NCBI RefSeq assembly: GCF_006345805.1
Contig: NC_043014.1
Location: 29,636,001 to 29,700,000, forward strand
DNA: 64,000 bases
Direction of reading: 5' to 3'
Source: Octopus sinensis
Lineage: Eukaryota
Part shown: in pieces, positions 38,365-48,600 of the stretch
How positions within the stretch are numbered: the stretch's first letter is position 1
How the letters are laid out: every line of letters begins with the position of its first letter
Notes under the pieces: generated by a model
Told to the model about the DNA's origin: nothing
What the model saw: only the letters and a program-made list of their open reading frames with translations
Database searches by the model: none
Made by a program: the position numbers and the translations under genes

Positions 38365-39365
38365 TTGCCAAAAGTCTCGGTCACCTGTCATTGCCTCTGT
38401 AAAGCTCAAAGTTTGAAGATCATGCTTCACTACTTTGTCCCATGTCTTCCTGGGTCTACCTCTATCACAGTTTCCCTTCACAGTTAGAGATCAGCACTTC
38501 TTTACAAGGCTGTCCTCGTCCATACACATCACATGACCATACCAGCACAGTTGTCTCTCTTGCATACCACATCTGATTCCTCTTATGCCTAACTTTTCTC
38601 AGTTGAATATGCACACTGACATTGCACACACAGCAAAGCATACTGGCTTCATTTCTTTCAAGCCTACGCATGTCCTCTGCTGTCATAGTCCATGTTTCAC
38701 TGCTATGCAGCATAGCTGTTAACATACAGGTATCAAACAATCTGCTTTTCACTCTGAGAGAGAGGCCCTTTGTTGCCAGCAGAGGTAGGAGCTCTCTGAA
38801 CTTTGCCCAGCCTAATCTTATTCTCACAGCTATGCTCTCAAAGCATCCACCTCCACTACTAACTTGGTCACATAGATAACAGAAGCTATCTACTACCTCT
38901 AGCTTGCCCCACTGGCAGTTGATGGAGTTTATTTTCTGTGCATTTTCAGTGTTTATTGTACCTGTGTACCTTCTACATACAAAATTTAGTTTCCCTGTTA
39001 ACCTTCCTCTGATGTTGCTGCACCTTTTATGTGTCCAAAGCTTACACTGGGAGTTTCTACCTAAAGAGATTTGCAATTTGTCTGCCTTTCTACTTACTAT
39101 GACTTCAGTTTTTGTTAGGTTAACTCTAAGGCCCTTTGATTTTAGACCTTGCTTCCATACCTGAAACTTCTCTAGTGATTCAACTATAAGAGCAAGGTCA
39201 TCAACATAGAGGAGCTCCCAGGGACAGCCTGTCTTAAATTCCTCTTGTTATTGCCTGGAAGACTGTGATGATCAAGAGGGGCCTGAGCACCAATCCTTGG
39301 TGAACTCCTTCTTGTACTTTGAATTCTTCACTGCACCTGTTGCCCAGTCTCACTTTACAAGGCTT
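38365..39365 (-). mobile_element. RTE LINE ORF2 fragment (RT core to C-terminus)
   Basis: GVHQGLVL..PWELLYVDDLAL, QCKLWTHKRCS Cys motif, RIRLGWAKFRELLPLL..MLHSSETW (203-aa ORF 38465-39076). Confidence 0.92.
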
Positions 39366-40237
39366 GTATGGTTTTCACCAACCTATTACATAATATGCTA
39401 TTCCAAACATATTAAACACTGAGACAATTGTAAAATTGACAAGTTGTTAATAAGCTTGCCATAAGTCTGGTGGATAAACAACTACAATATTTCCCTCAGA
39501 TTAAAGTTCCCTACTTATTTTGCCCCACTTTCTCATTAGCCTTAGACTCTAGTTTTTATCATGAGCAGTATGAAGCATCAATCATCAGACATCTTTCACC
39601 AAGTTTGCTATAGTAAGCCTCTGAATGTTCTAGCTTTATTTAGAGCTGTGTTCATTTTAAAGCTCTTTACTGAATACACCTTAAATGTTGTCAGATTCTG
39701 GTTAAATTTTAAGATCTAAATTCCTCTACCACAAGAAGTACATATCCTTTCTGTTTCAATATACAATGTCACCCTGATGTTGCAGTTTGCATGAGATTGT
39801 TCATTCTGTTAACCTGATTGTGTGTGTGTGTGTGTGTTAAGTTTCAAACATTAATTCATTAAAGAAACAAGTATGTTTTACCAAAGTTCTAAATCTGATT
39901 TTGAAAATTCTCATCTATTAGAAATTTGTTCGTTAAAAGGTTAGTGATTGGCAAGACACGGACAGTTATTTGTTACTCCATCTAAAATAATATGATATTT
40001 TGAAAACTTACCTTTGCATAACATTTGTAATAATAAACCATTGATTTCTTGGACTTAGTAAATGGTTTATACTATACTTACCTTGCAGTTATCTTCTTTT
40101 ATCAAGATTTAGATCAGAGGAAAAACATTAGTGATGATTTTATTTTTGTGCAGCTTCTCCAAGACTTGTGGGAAAGGGAAGATAACTTGATATATTGAAG
40201 CAGCTTTTCAAGATAATGAGTTATCTTCAAGCTAGAG

Positions 40238-40383
40238 TAGTCACGGGCAACCTGTGGCCTACGGGAGTTCCTGAATGGCACACCTAGTGAAAAATGACCT
40301 TCTCTTTTGTTGATAATTTGGCCTGTCTGATAATGAGCCATGTTTTATGCAACCCACTTCTTGTAAAATGTTGCCCATACCTG
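40238..40383. mobile_element. Short hAT-like MITE
   Basis: Imperfect TIRs TAGTCACGGGCAAC / GTTGCCCATACCTG; decayed 8-bp flanks AGCTAGAG / GACTATAG. Confidence 0.45.
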
Positions 40384-41784
40384 GACTATAGAATTGTTCC
40401 ACATACTTGCCACAGAGTGGACTCTGCCAAAGACTAGTTTGTAGTGTTAAACCAAGCTTCACATTAGGCCTATCACTCCAGTTCTCATATCAATTTGAAG
40501 AACTACACCTGATTTATACTATAGCTATATTTTGATATGCTTTATACAATTATTTTCTTTGTTTTATTATTTTTTTCATGAAGTATACCACATTTGCTTT
40601 AATGAATGCATAACTTATTTATTGAGGGAGTATCTAAATAGTTACTGAACTTGTTATTGGAGGATTAACACTCCTCTAATAAAAAAAAAAAAAAAGTCAA
40701 TTTGGGAACGTGTGTTGATTCCTAAATGGTAGAGTGCTAAAATGATTCTTGCAGTTACTTACAACTATACTGAAAGTCTATTCAAGAAGTCCACTGTATC
40801 TTTTCAACAACTCATAACTTGCTGAAGTGTTAATTAAATGCAAGACACAGCCAATCATAATTTCTTTGATTTTCACCAAAACAGTTTGTTTTACAGTTTT
40901 CTCTATTTTTAGCACTTTATTTCCTCTTCTCATGAATTTGGGAAAGATTTTTGGCATTCTTTTTGTATACATTTGCAATTAACATTTCTTGTATGCTTTC
41001 GTTAATCACTCTTACTGTATCATTAATTCAAAATCTGTGATTATTTGGTTAAACTATAGGTTCTATTCAAGGTTTTCACTGAGTAGAAATTTTAGTTTTT
41101 GATGATGGTACATTAAAAATTGGCTTTTTATTTTATAATCTAAGTATTTTATTCCTTACGGGTTCCATTGGTTTTTATCATTAACTGAGTTTTTTTTTCT
41201 TATACATTATGATTAATACTTAGCTACAAACTTGTAACAGAAGGTTAAATTTTAAGTTGATAATTGTAGTGAATGATTCCTACTGAAATAGAAACCAATA
41301 AAATTTAAACTTCAGGAAATGCACCCAAATCATTTGTTTTAAAAGAATTAAATTTAGGAAAACTATAAATATGTAGAAAGTTAGGCACAGCTAGATGGAA
41401 GATATCTTGATAAAAGATTCCTCAAATGTTTTGAAACAAAATGGGAAGTATAATATGATAAAAATATTTAAATTGAAGAGAAACATGAGTATGGTTTGAA
41501 ATTAAACTTTAAGATTTCTAACTGATATTTTGTGAAATTAAGAAACTGGAAATTGTGACTAGTCAACTATTGAGAATGGTCAACTGGTCATATTGGAGCT
41601 ACCCCACTGCTTGTTTTTTTAATTTTAAACATCCCGTCAAGGGAATTTTGTCTTAATTGCTTGGATAATTCTAATAGATCAAAGTTTTCAACTCACTATA
41701 TTACACATAGAGACTACAAGATTTAAATTTAGTATACAGAATGCTCCCTAGAAGTATTTCCCCCTGCCATATTGTTGATATTTA

Positions 41785-41811
41785 TAATCTCTCTCTCTCT
41801 CTGTATGTATA

Positions 41812-41889
<78 letters not shown>

Positions 41890-42065
41890 ATCTAGATATA
41901 TATAATACATAGATATATATATATATATATATATATATAATCTATATATATATATACATACATAATATATATATATATATATATATATATAATCTATATA
42001 TATATACATACATAATACATACATATATATATATTATATATACATGCATACATACATATATATAT

Positions 42066-42115
<50 letters not shown>

Positions 42116-42336
42116 GCATACATATATATATAGATATATATATATACATACACACACACATATATACACACACACACATATATATATACACCCACACACA
42201 CAATATATATATATATATATATATATATACACTACATGCATACATATATATATACACACACACATATATATATATATATATACACATACATGCATACATA
42301 TATATGCATATATATATATAACACATACATGCATAC

Positions 42337-42369
<33 letters not shown>

Positions 42370-42584
42370 TACATGCATACATATATATGCATACATATAT
42401 AATATACATACATGCATACACATATATATATATACATACATGCATACATACATATATATATATACATACATGCATACATATATATATATACACATGCATA
42501 CATATATATACATACATGCATACATATATAATATATACATACATGCATACATATATACATATACACACATACATGCATACATAC

Positions 42585-42642
<58 letters not shown>

Positions 42643-42660
42643 ACACCACATACATAATAT
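41785..42660. repeat. ~870-bp compound microsatellite ((TA)n, (CA)n, recurring CATGCATACA)
   Basis: Directly visible; generates the 140-240 aa Y/I/H/T/M/C ORFs in the track. Confidence 0.97.
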
Positions 42661-42789
42661 CATTTTGTTTGAGTTGGATGAATATATTATTGAGACATTC
42701 TATTGCTAACCGTTACCTGTTTTTAGACTAAGTGATCTCTTAGTTCATGTGGCATTGAAGGCATGAAGTAAGGGGATGGCTTGTTGACA

Positions 42790-43022
42790 GGGGAATTGAC
42801 AACGCCACTTATATGTCACAATTTTCAGTGAAACAATTGGAAATGTAAACTCCCACACACACACATACCTTTTGAATTTCCATTCATCAAATCCACTCAC
42901 AAGGCTTTGGTTGGCCCGAGGCTATAGTAGAAGACACTTGCCCAAGATGCCATGCAGTGGGACTGAACCCGGAACTATGTGGTTGGTAAGCAAGCTACTT
43001 ACCACACAGCCACTCCTGCGCC
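42790..43022 (-). mobile_element. tRNA-derived SINE (head intact)
   Basis: Reverse complement GGCGCAGGAGTGGCTGTGTGGTAAG..CCGGGTTCAGTCCC (A/B-box-like) then CTTGGGCAAGTGTCTTCTACTATAGCC. Confidence 0.85.
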
Positions 43023-43059
43023 TATATATATATATATATATATAATACATACATACACA

Positions 43060-43360
43060 CACACACTCACATGATGGACTCTCCTGTCAAAGACAACATG
43101 TGGGCATTCAGCTTTTCTTGAACGATTTGCCCAAATGGTTTGTTTATAGTGATCAAATGTTAATGCCATACATTAACTCACTCTCTCCATCAAATCGATA
43201 TTGTCTGAACACGTGCACGGTGTACCACGCGTCAGGTGTCGAAGGGATCACAGAGCAACGTGAGATGAAGTGTTTTGCTCAAGAATGTAATGCACCACAT
43301 GGTCTAGGAATTTAAATTACAATCTAGCGATTGTGAGTGCAGCACCCTAACCACTAAACC
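43060..43360 (-). mobile_element. tRNA-derived SINE, second family (CORE-like)
   Basis: Reverse complement TGGTTAGGGTGCTGCACTCAC.. followed by TTCTTGAGCAAAACACTTCATCTCAC. Confidence 0.6.
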
Positions 43361-43379
43361 ACTCTCTTGTTATATATGC

Positions 43380-43419
<40 letters not shown>

Positions 43420-43804
43420 ATTTCTCTTCTGTGAAAATATCTGGCCAAGGGAAAATTCTACTTTAATGAATTCTGTTTGACCCAGGCAAGCATGGAAAAG
43501 TTGACACTAAAATCTTGTGTATACCTAGATTAAATACTTTAGACACTGATTCAATAATTGTTTTGCTTTAAATGTCTAAGATGAATTGTTATTATGACTA
43601 TAGTTTTTATCTTTCAAGTATATGTTTACAATATTTATAACTGGTTTGATTCCTGAACATCATCAAGGGAACATTTTAAGTTGATGTCAAAGGCTGAACT
43701 TACTCATTAGATTATCCACTTGCATTATGTATTGCTTCTCTATCATTTATGGAAATTTGATTAGGTAGTGGTGTATTTTCCTTTCTCATACCATATGTTT
43801 TCAG

Positions 43805-43882
43805 ATGTAAATGTCATCTTTGGATCCTATAATTTCTTGCTAATTTTCGTATATGCATTAGCTCTGATTGAGCAGATCTATG
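43805..43882 (+). CDS. Candidate exon (D)VNVIFGSYNFLLIFVYALALIEQIY (phase 1 to 1)
   Basis: ttttcctttctc..gttttCAG acceptor, ATG|GTAAAA donor, single open frame. Confidence 0.3.
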
Positions 43883-43989
43883 GTAAAAAACAGAGATTTG
43901 GTTGCTATTTTTTTGCAGACTGATTGTTCACATAGACACTCTCTATTGTCTTGAAAACACCCCTAAGTTTACCTTATGTATTGAAGAAA

Positions 43990-44365
43990 TTTAGCTTGGT
44001 TCATTCTTTTACTTGTTTCAGTCATTTGACTGTAGCCATGCTGAGGCATTACCTTGAAGGATTTTAGTCAGTCAAATCAATGCCAGGACTTATTTTTTAA
44101 GCCTAGTACTTATTTTATTGGTTCATTTGCTGAACTGCTAAGTTACAAAGATGTAACCACACCAACACTGGTTGTCAAGCAGTTATAGGTGGACACACAC
44201 ACATACATGACTTACTTGTTTCAGTTTCTGTCTACCAAATCCATTCACAAGGCTTTGGTTGGCCTGAGGTTTTAGTAGAAAACACTTAACTAAGGTGCCA
44301 CGTAGTAGGACTGAACACGGAACCATGTGGTTGGGAAGCAAGCTTCACACAGCCATGCTTGCCCC
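43990..44365 (-). mobile_element. Longer SINE copy (tRNA head, central domain and tail)
   Basis: 44200-44365 matches 42790-43022; 43990-44200 is the reverse complement of the family at 6370-6612. Confidence 0.75.
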
Positions 44366-44419
44366 TTATATATTTTGATTCAGTAAATATTACACATAAA
44401 CTTTGACAAGTTAGGAGAC

Positions 44420-44892
44420 TACAGTTCTATATTTAAGAGATGATGAATTATGTACATTATTTACAATTGACGGATATTTGTCCTCATCTTGTTTGTTGTT
44501 TACAAACATTTCGGCTGATATATCCTCCAGCCTTCATCAGGTGTCTTGTGGAAATTTCGAACCTGGGTTCTCATTCCTAAGGTAATTTTTGGTGTTGTTG
44601 TTATTATTATTATTATTCAGGTCACTGCCCGGAATCAAACTTGGAATCTTGGGGTTAGTAGCCCGCACTCTTAACCCCAAGATTCCGAGTTCAATTCCAG
44701 GCAGTGACCTGAATAATAATAATAATTATTATTATAACAACAACAACATCGAAAAATACCTTAGGAATGAGAACCCAGGTTCAAATTTTCTCCAAGACAC
44801 CTGATGAAGGCTGAAGGGTATATCAGCTGAAATGTTTGTTAACAACAAACAAGATGAGGACAAATACCTGTCAGTTGTAAATAATATAAATA
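44420..44892. mobile_element. Palindromic head-to-head tRNA-SINE insertion with 12-bp TSD and a hammerhead-like core in each arm
   Basis: TSD AAGTTAGGAGAC (44408-44419, 44893-44904). Arms about 44452-44657 and 44672-44888, 14-nt loop. CTGATGA-stem-GAAA at 44801-44832 and, on the minus strand, 44540-44509. Confidence 0.85.
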
Positions 44893-44981
44893 AAGTTAGG
44901 AGACATTTAATAATTGTATTTCTGTGCCATTTTATTGGATTGTTTTATGCAGGTTTGATAATTCTTTTTTTCTGTATTCAG

Positions 44982-45012
44982 AGCTTCTGTTGACTTAGAG
45001 GCAGTGAAAAAT
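44982..45012 (+). CDS. Candidate micro-exon ASVDLEAVKN (phase 2 to 0)
   Basis: Strong tract ATTCTTTTTTTCTGTATTCAG, AAT|GTGAGT donor, single open frame. Confidence 0.45.
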
Positions 45013-45899
45013 GTGAGTTGTGGTGTTTATGCTTTTCCAAATTCATATGTGATATAAATTAAGTGAAGTTGCTATAGCTTCAAATTGATTCAAGTTTTGC
45101 CTTTAAGCAAGCTAGTGGCTTACTTCTAGGCTATAGTAGTCGCTGTTCTCCTAACAGGTTAAGATAATTTATCTCAGAGTAGTTTTTATATTTCTACAAA
45201 GTTTCAATTTATATCAGTTTAGAATATTGACATTATACATAACATTACTCTAGCCAAAAAGCAATTAACCACTTCTCCCACCAATAACTCTCAGTCACTA
45301 GCTGTAATTTTGTTTTACCTTTATTGCAAGTGCTTTAGAATTCATTTTCTCTCCTACTTGAGGTCTAAACACCTCCATTCTTTTTCAAGAGTTGAGTACA
45401 TCTTTGAAATGCTTTACTTATACTAATGTATTCAGCTCTCCTTCACTATGAATATGTCTTCAGTTCTTTTTGGAATGCATTGGAAAAAATTATTGAACGT
45501 TTATTGAAATGAGACAATATTGTATGTTTGTAAACCAATTTACAGTTCAGTTTGTTACCATTTAATCTAATCTTGAGAGACTACAATAAAGTTATCAAAT
45601 TCTAAGATAATGAGATAGATTTCTGTATAAGGTAACTGTTATATTTTATATGTATGTATTTGTATGATGTTAAAATGTGTGAAAAGCAGTTACTGTAAGG
45701 TCAAAGTTTTAGGACTGCTGACTATATGACCATAATTATTTAGACTGTTGTTCTAATTATATAACTGTAAAAGCTTCCTCAAATCATCTCAGCCCTACAA
45801 GCACACTGTGTCCATCACTTTTTAAAGTTGGTTTTAAAATGGTCTTTGACTGGAGTAGGTCTGTGCTTATCATGTTCACAGGTCTCTGAGAGTAGTAAA

Positions 45900-46620
45900 A
45901 CTGATCAAGTGGATGTTCAGGTTAAATACCTGCAAGTGGACATATGTTGGAAAGGTATTCCAAAGAAGAGAAATCTCAAGAAGGAGGGATCAACATAATC
46001 ATTAGTGCAAAACTTGGGAGTGGAGATAGAATGAGTGAACGATTGGTATGTTAAATGGAAGTGTTATGTAAATAGCTACCTCTGGGGAGTAGAGCCAGTT
46101 ATAGTAGCAGAAGAAAAAACAGAATGAAGAGATATTACATTTGTGGGAAAGAAGTTGTAGTGATAGAAATATTTATTGACTTAGAAGGCTACATTCTGGA
46201 ATACAGTTTTTGCTGTTATGAATTTGAGATTTCCAGAAGAGATCACAAATGGCTATGAGGTTTTGTATTATTAGTGACTATAAATTGCATGCTATACATA
46301 ACTTGAGAGAGTTAACCAAAAGTTGGTTACTTTGATATGTGCATTGATTGTGTTGCTGAGACCTTTTTCTGTTGAAGAATGTTTTTAAGGTTTCTGTTCA
46401 TGGCAATAATGAGGGTTTGATGCGAGATGCCTTAGTTGCATATGCAGAAGGTTATGGAACCGTGAAGAATGGTATTATCTGCATAAGTATTATCATTGTT
46501 GGAGGTGATGTGAAATAGGTTGCATCTGCAGGAGGAAGAGCGTGAGTGACATAATTGAGCTTTAGGATTCATCATAAAGGCTAGTTGAGTAGAACCAAAG
46601 GCAGGTAGTTTACTGATATA
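45900..46620 (-). mobile_element. Probable highly decayed CR1/L2-group LINE 3' part
   Basis: Purine-rich + strand with higher complexity and weak resemblance to the CR1 C-terminus; no clean motif. Confidence 0.3.
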
Positions 46621-47120
46621 GTCAACAATCTGCTTGATTACACAAGATAATAAATGTGAAAATATGTGTGCATACGTGTTAACTCACAGTTTTATTTATG
46701 TATCATTGCTGTACTAATGAATATATATATTAGTTAACCATTATATTACTTGTAATGCAATATTTGGCATACTTTTCTTGTCTGTGGTGATATCTTTTGT
46801 ATAAGCGACAATATGAGCATATTAAATAACTCTCAAATCAATTTAATACAATAAATGAACACATGGATGTACATATACATACACACATTCACTTACTCAC
46901 CACATTTTGGGCTTTTAATTCTTTTATACTTATTGCAAACCATTTTGATTTAGAAAATATAATTATTGTTGGTGAAGTGTGTTTAGGGTAGTTACATTGA
47001 AAATTTGGTGGGAAAAGAAGATATTAGATTTGCTATCTTGGCTACAAAATGTCTTCAATAAAGGTAGACTAAGATGCATGCATAAGATATCTACAGTTTA
47101 TCTGCAGCAATTGATGAAGA

Positions 47121-47173
<53 letters not shown>

Positions 47174-48124
47174 TGTTTTTGATAAAACATCAATATATAC
47201 AGGAAAGGAATTTTTCTATTAGTCTGAATAGTACTCTCCCTATAACTTCATCTGAACAATCTAGGCCTAGGATAGGATTAAATAGATGAGGCTAAAGCAT
47301 ATAACTGGTTGTGGAAATAATATGGATAGGAAGAGCCACAGAGAGATGCAGATTGCTGTTAGAATATAGATAAATGTGTTAGCTGAGAGTACTGGTGATA
47401 GTAGAAGTTATAGGAAAATGTGAATAGATGCTAAATCTGCTTGAGTTTCACACATAAAATGACTAGATTGAGACATATAGAGAGATGTATTGTTGACCTT
47501 TTTGATTGATGTCAGTATGATAAAACAAATGTTAACAACAATTATGATGCAAGTTATAAATTTCTGAATTTGGCTAAAGAACACACTATATACAACATTT
47601 CAAAGATTTAACAGTATATGTGTGAAATATCTCATTTAGCAATAGTGAATATTTGATAAGATGATATAAAAAATTGATTAAAATGTATACTTGAAAATGA
47701 AAATTCTTGAATTTAAAAGCTGAATTGCAAACCTTAAATTGCTTGTGCTGAAACTGAAATTAATTTTTACTAAAATCCATCTATTTGAATTTATATATTT
47801 TTCATATTTAAAATTGTTTTTATATGACAATTAAAATTTAATATATATATGAGATATATGTATAAATTTCATTGAAATTACATGTAACATGATAAAAAAG
47901 TTAACATAATTATCATATTTTGGGTGCATTTGAGATTTTGTTTTTTATCATTATGTGAAATGAAATTATTGATTCACTATTTCAAAAAATATCTGTTTTT
48001 ATGTAGTTTCTGATGTCATATTGTAAAAATTTGTTTCATTAAGTCAAAAGATTAATTTAGATTTGTATTTTTGCTGAAAAATTATTTTGAATCAATATTT
48101 ACAATTACAATTGTTTATTTACAG

Positions 48125-48183
48125 GTAGCCAAAATACAAAATATCAACCTGTCAAGCGAGAAGTAATTTAAGGAACTTATCAG
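48125..48183 (+). CDS. Candidate exon: VAKIQNINLSSEK* (stop-containing) or, from the alternative acceptor at 48129, PKYKISTCQARSNLRNLS
   Basis: ttgtttatttaCAG acceptor, CAG|GTAAAT donor. Phase 0 continues exon 44982 (..DLEAVKN-VAKIQNINLSSEK*). Confidence 0.4.
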
Positions 48184-48224
48184 GTAAATTCTATATTAAT
48201 TTCAAGGCTAGTAATTTTGGGTGA

Positions 48225-48395
48225 GGGTGGTAAGTCAATTATATTGACTCCAATATTCAACTGGTACTTATTTTATCAACCCTGAAAGGGATGGAAGTCA
48301 AAGTCAACCACAGTGGAATCTGGACTTAGAATGTAAAAACAGACAAAATGCCAGTAAAGATTTTGCTTGACATGCTAACAGTTCTGCTAGCTCGC
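48225..48395 (-). mobile_element. Nin-type SINE copy
   Basis: Reverse complement of the family at 12139-12269 and 56727-56935. Confidence 0.7.
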
Positions 48396-48444
48396 TAGTT
48401 CTTAATTGATAAAAAAATTTACTTTGCAATATGAGTGCAGTCAT

Positions 48445-48600
48445 GGTTGGGTGGTTAAGAAGGTTGAGTTTTTAATCCCCCTGCATGGCACTTTCAGCAG
48501 ATGTCTTTTACCCATAAACTTGGGACCAGTATCTTGTGGGTGAAATTCAGTTTACAAAAACTACAGAAGACCATCGTGTGTGTGTGTGTCTTTTGTCAAT
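48445..48600 (+). mobile_element. tRNA-derived SINE, decayed
   Basis: TGGTTAAGAAG..TCCCCTGCATGGCACTTT..CTTGTGGGTGAAATT, related to 42790-43022. Confidence 0.55.

Noticed and set aside
41782-42731. Longest ORFs in the track (143-237 aa), and similar ones at 10340, 13255, 18990, 52970 and 59767
   Set aside because: Translations of (TA)/(CA)/(TATG) microsatellites that lack stops by composition.
44640-44700. tRNA gene
   Set aside because: Truncated SINE head without an acceptor stem; reported as a SINE.
44953-45012. Longer exon from the upstream acceptor that would join 43882 in frame (GLIILFSVFRASVDLEAVKN)
   Set aside because: It needs 6 Ts but the sequence has 7 (44965-44971). Viable only if this is a homopolymer error, which reads could show.
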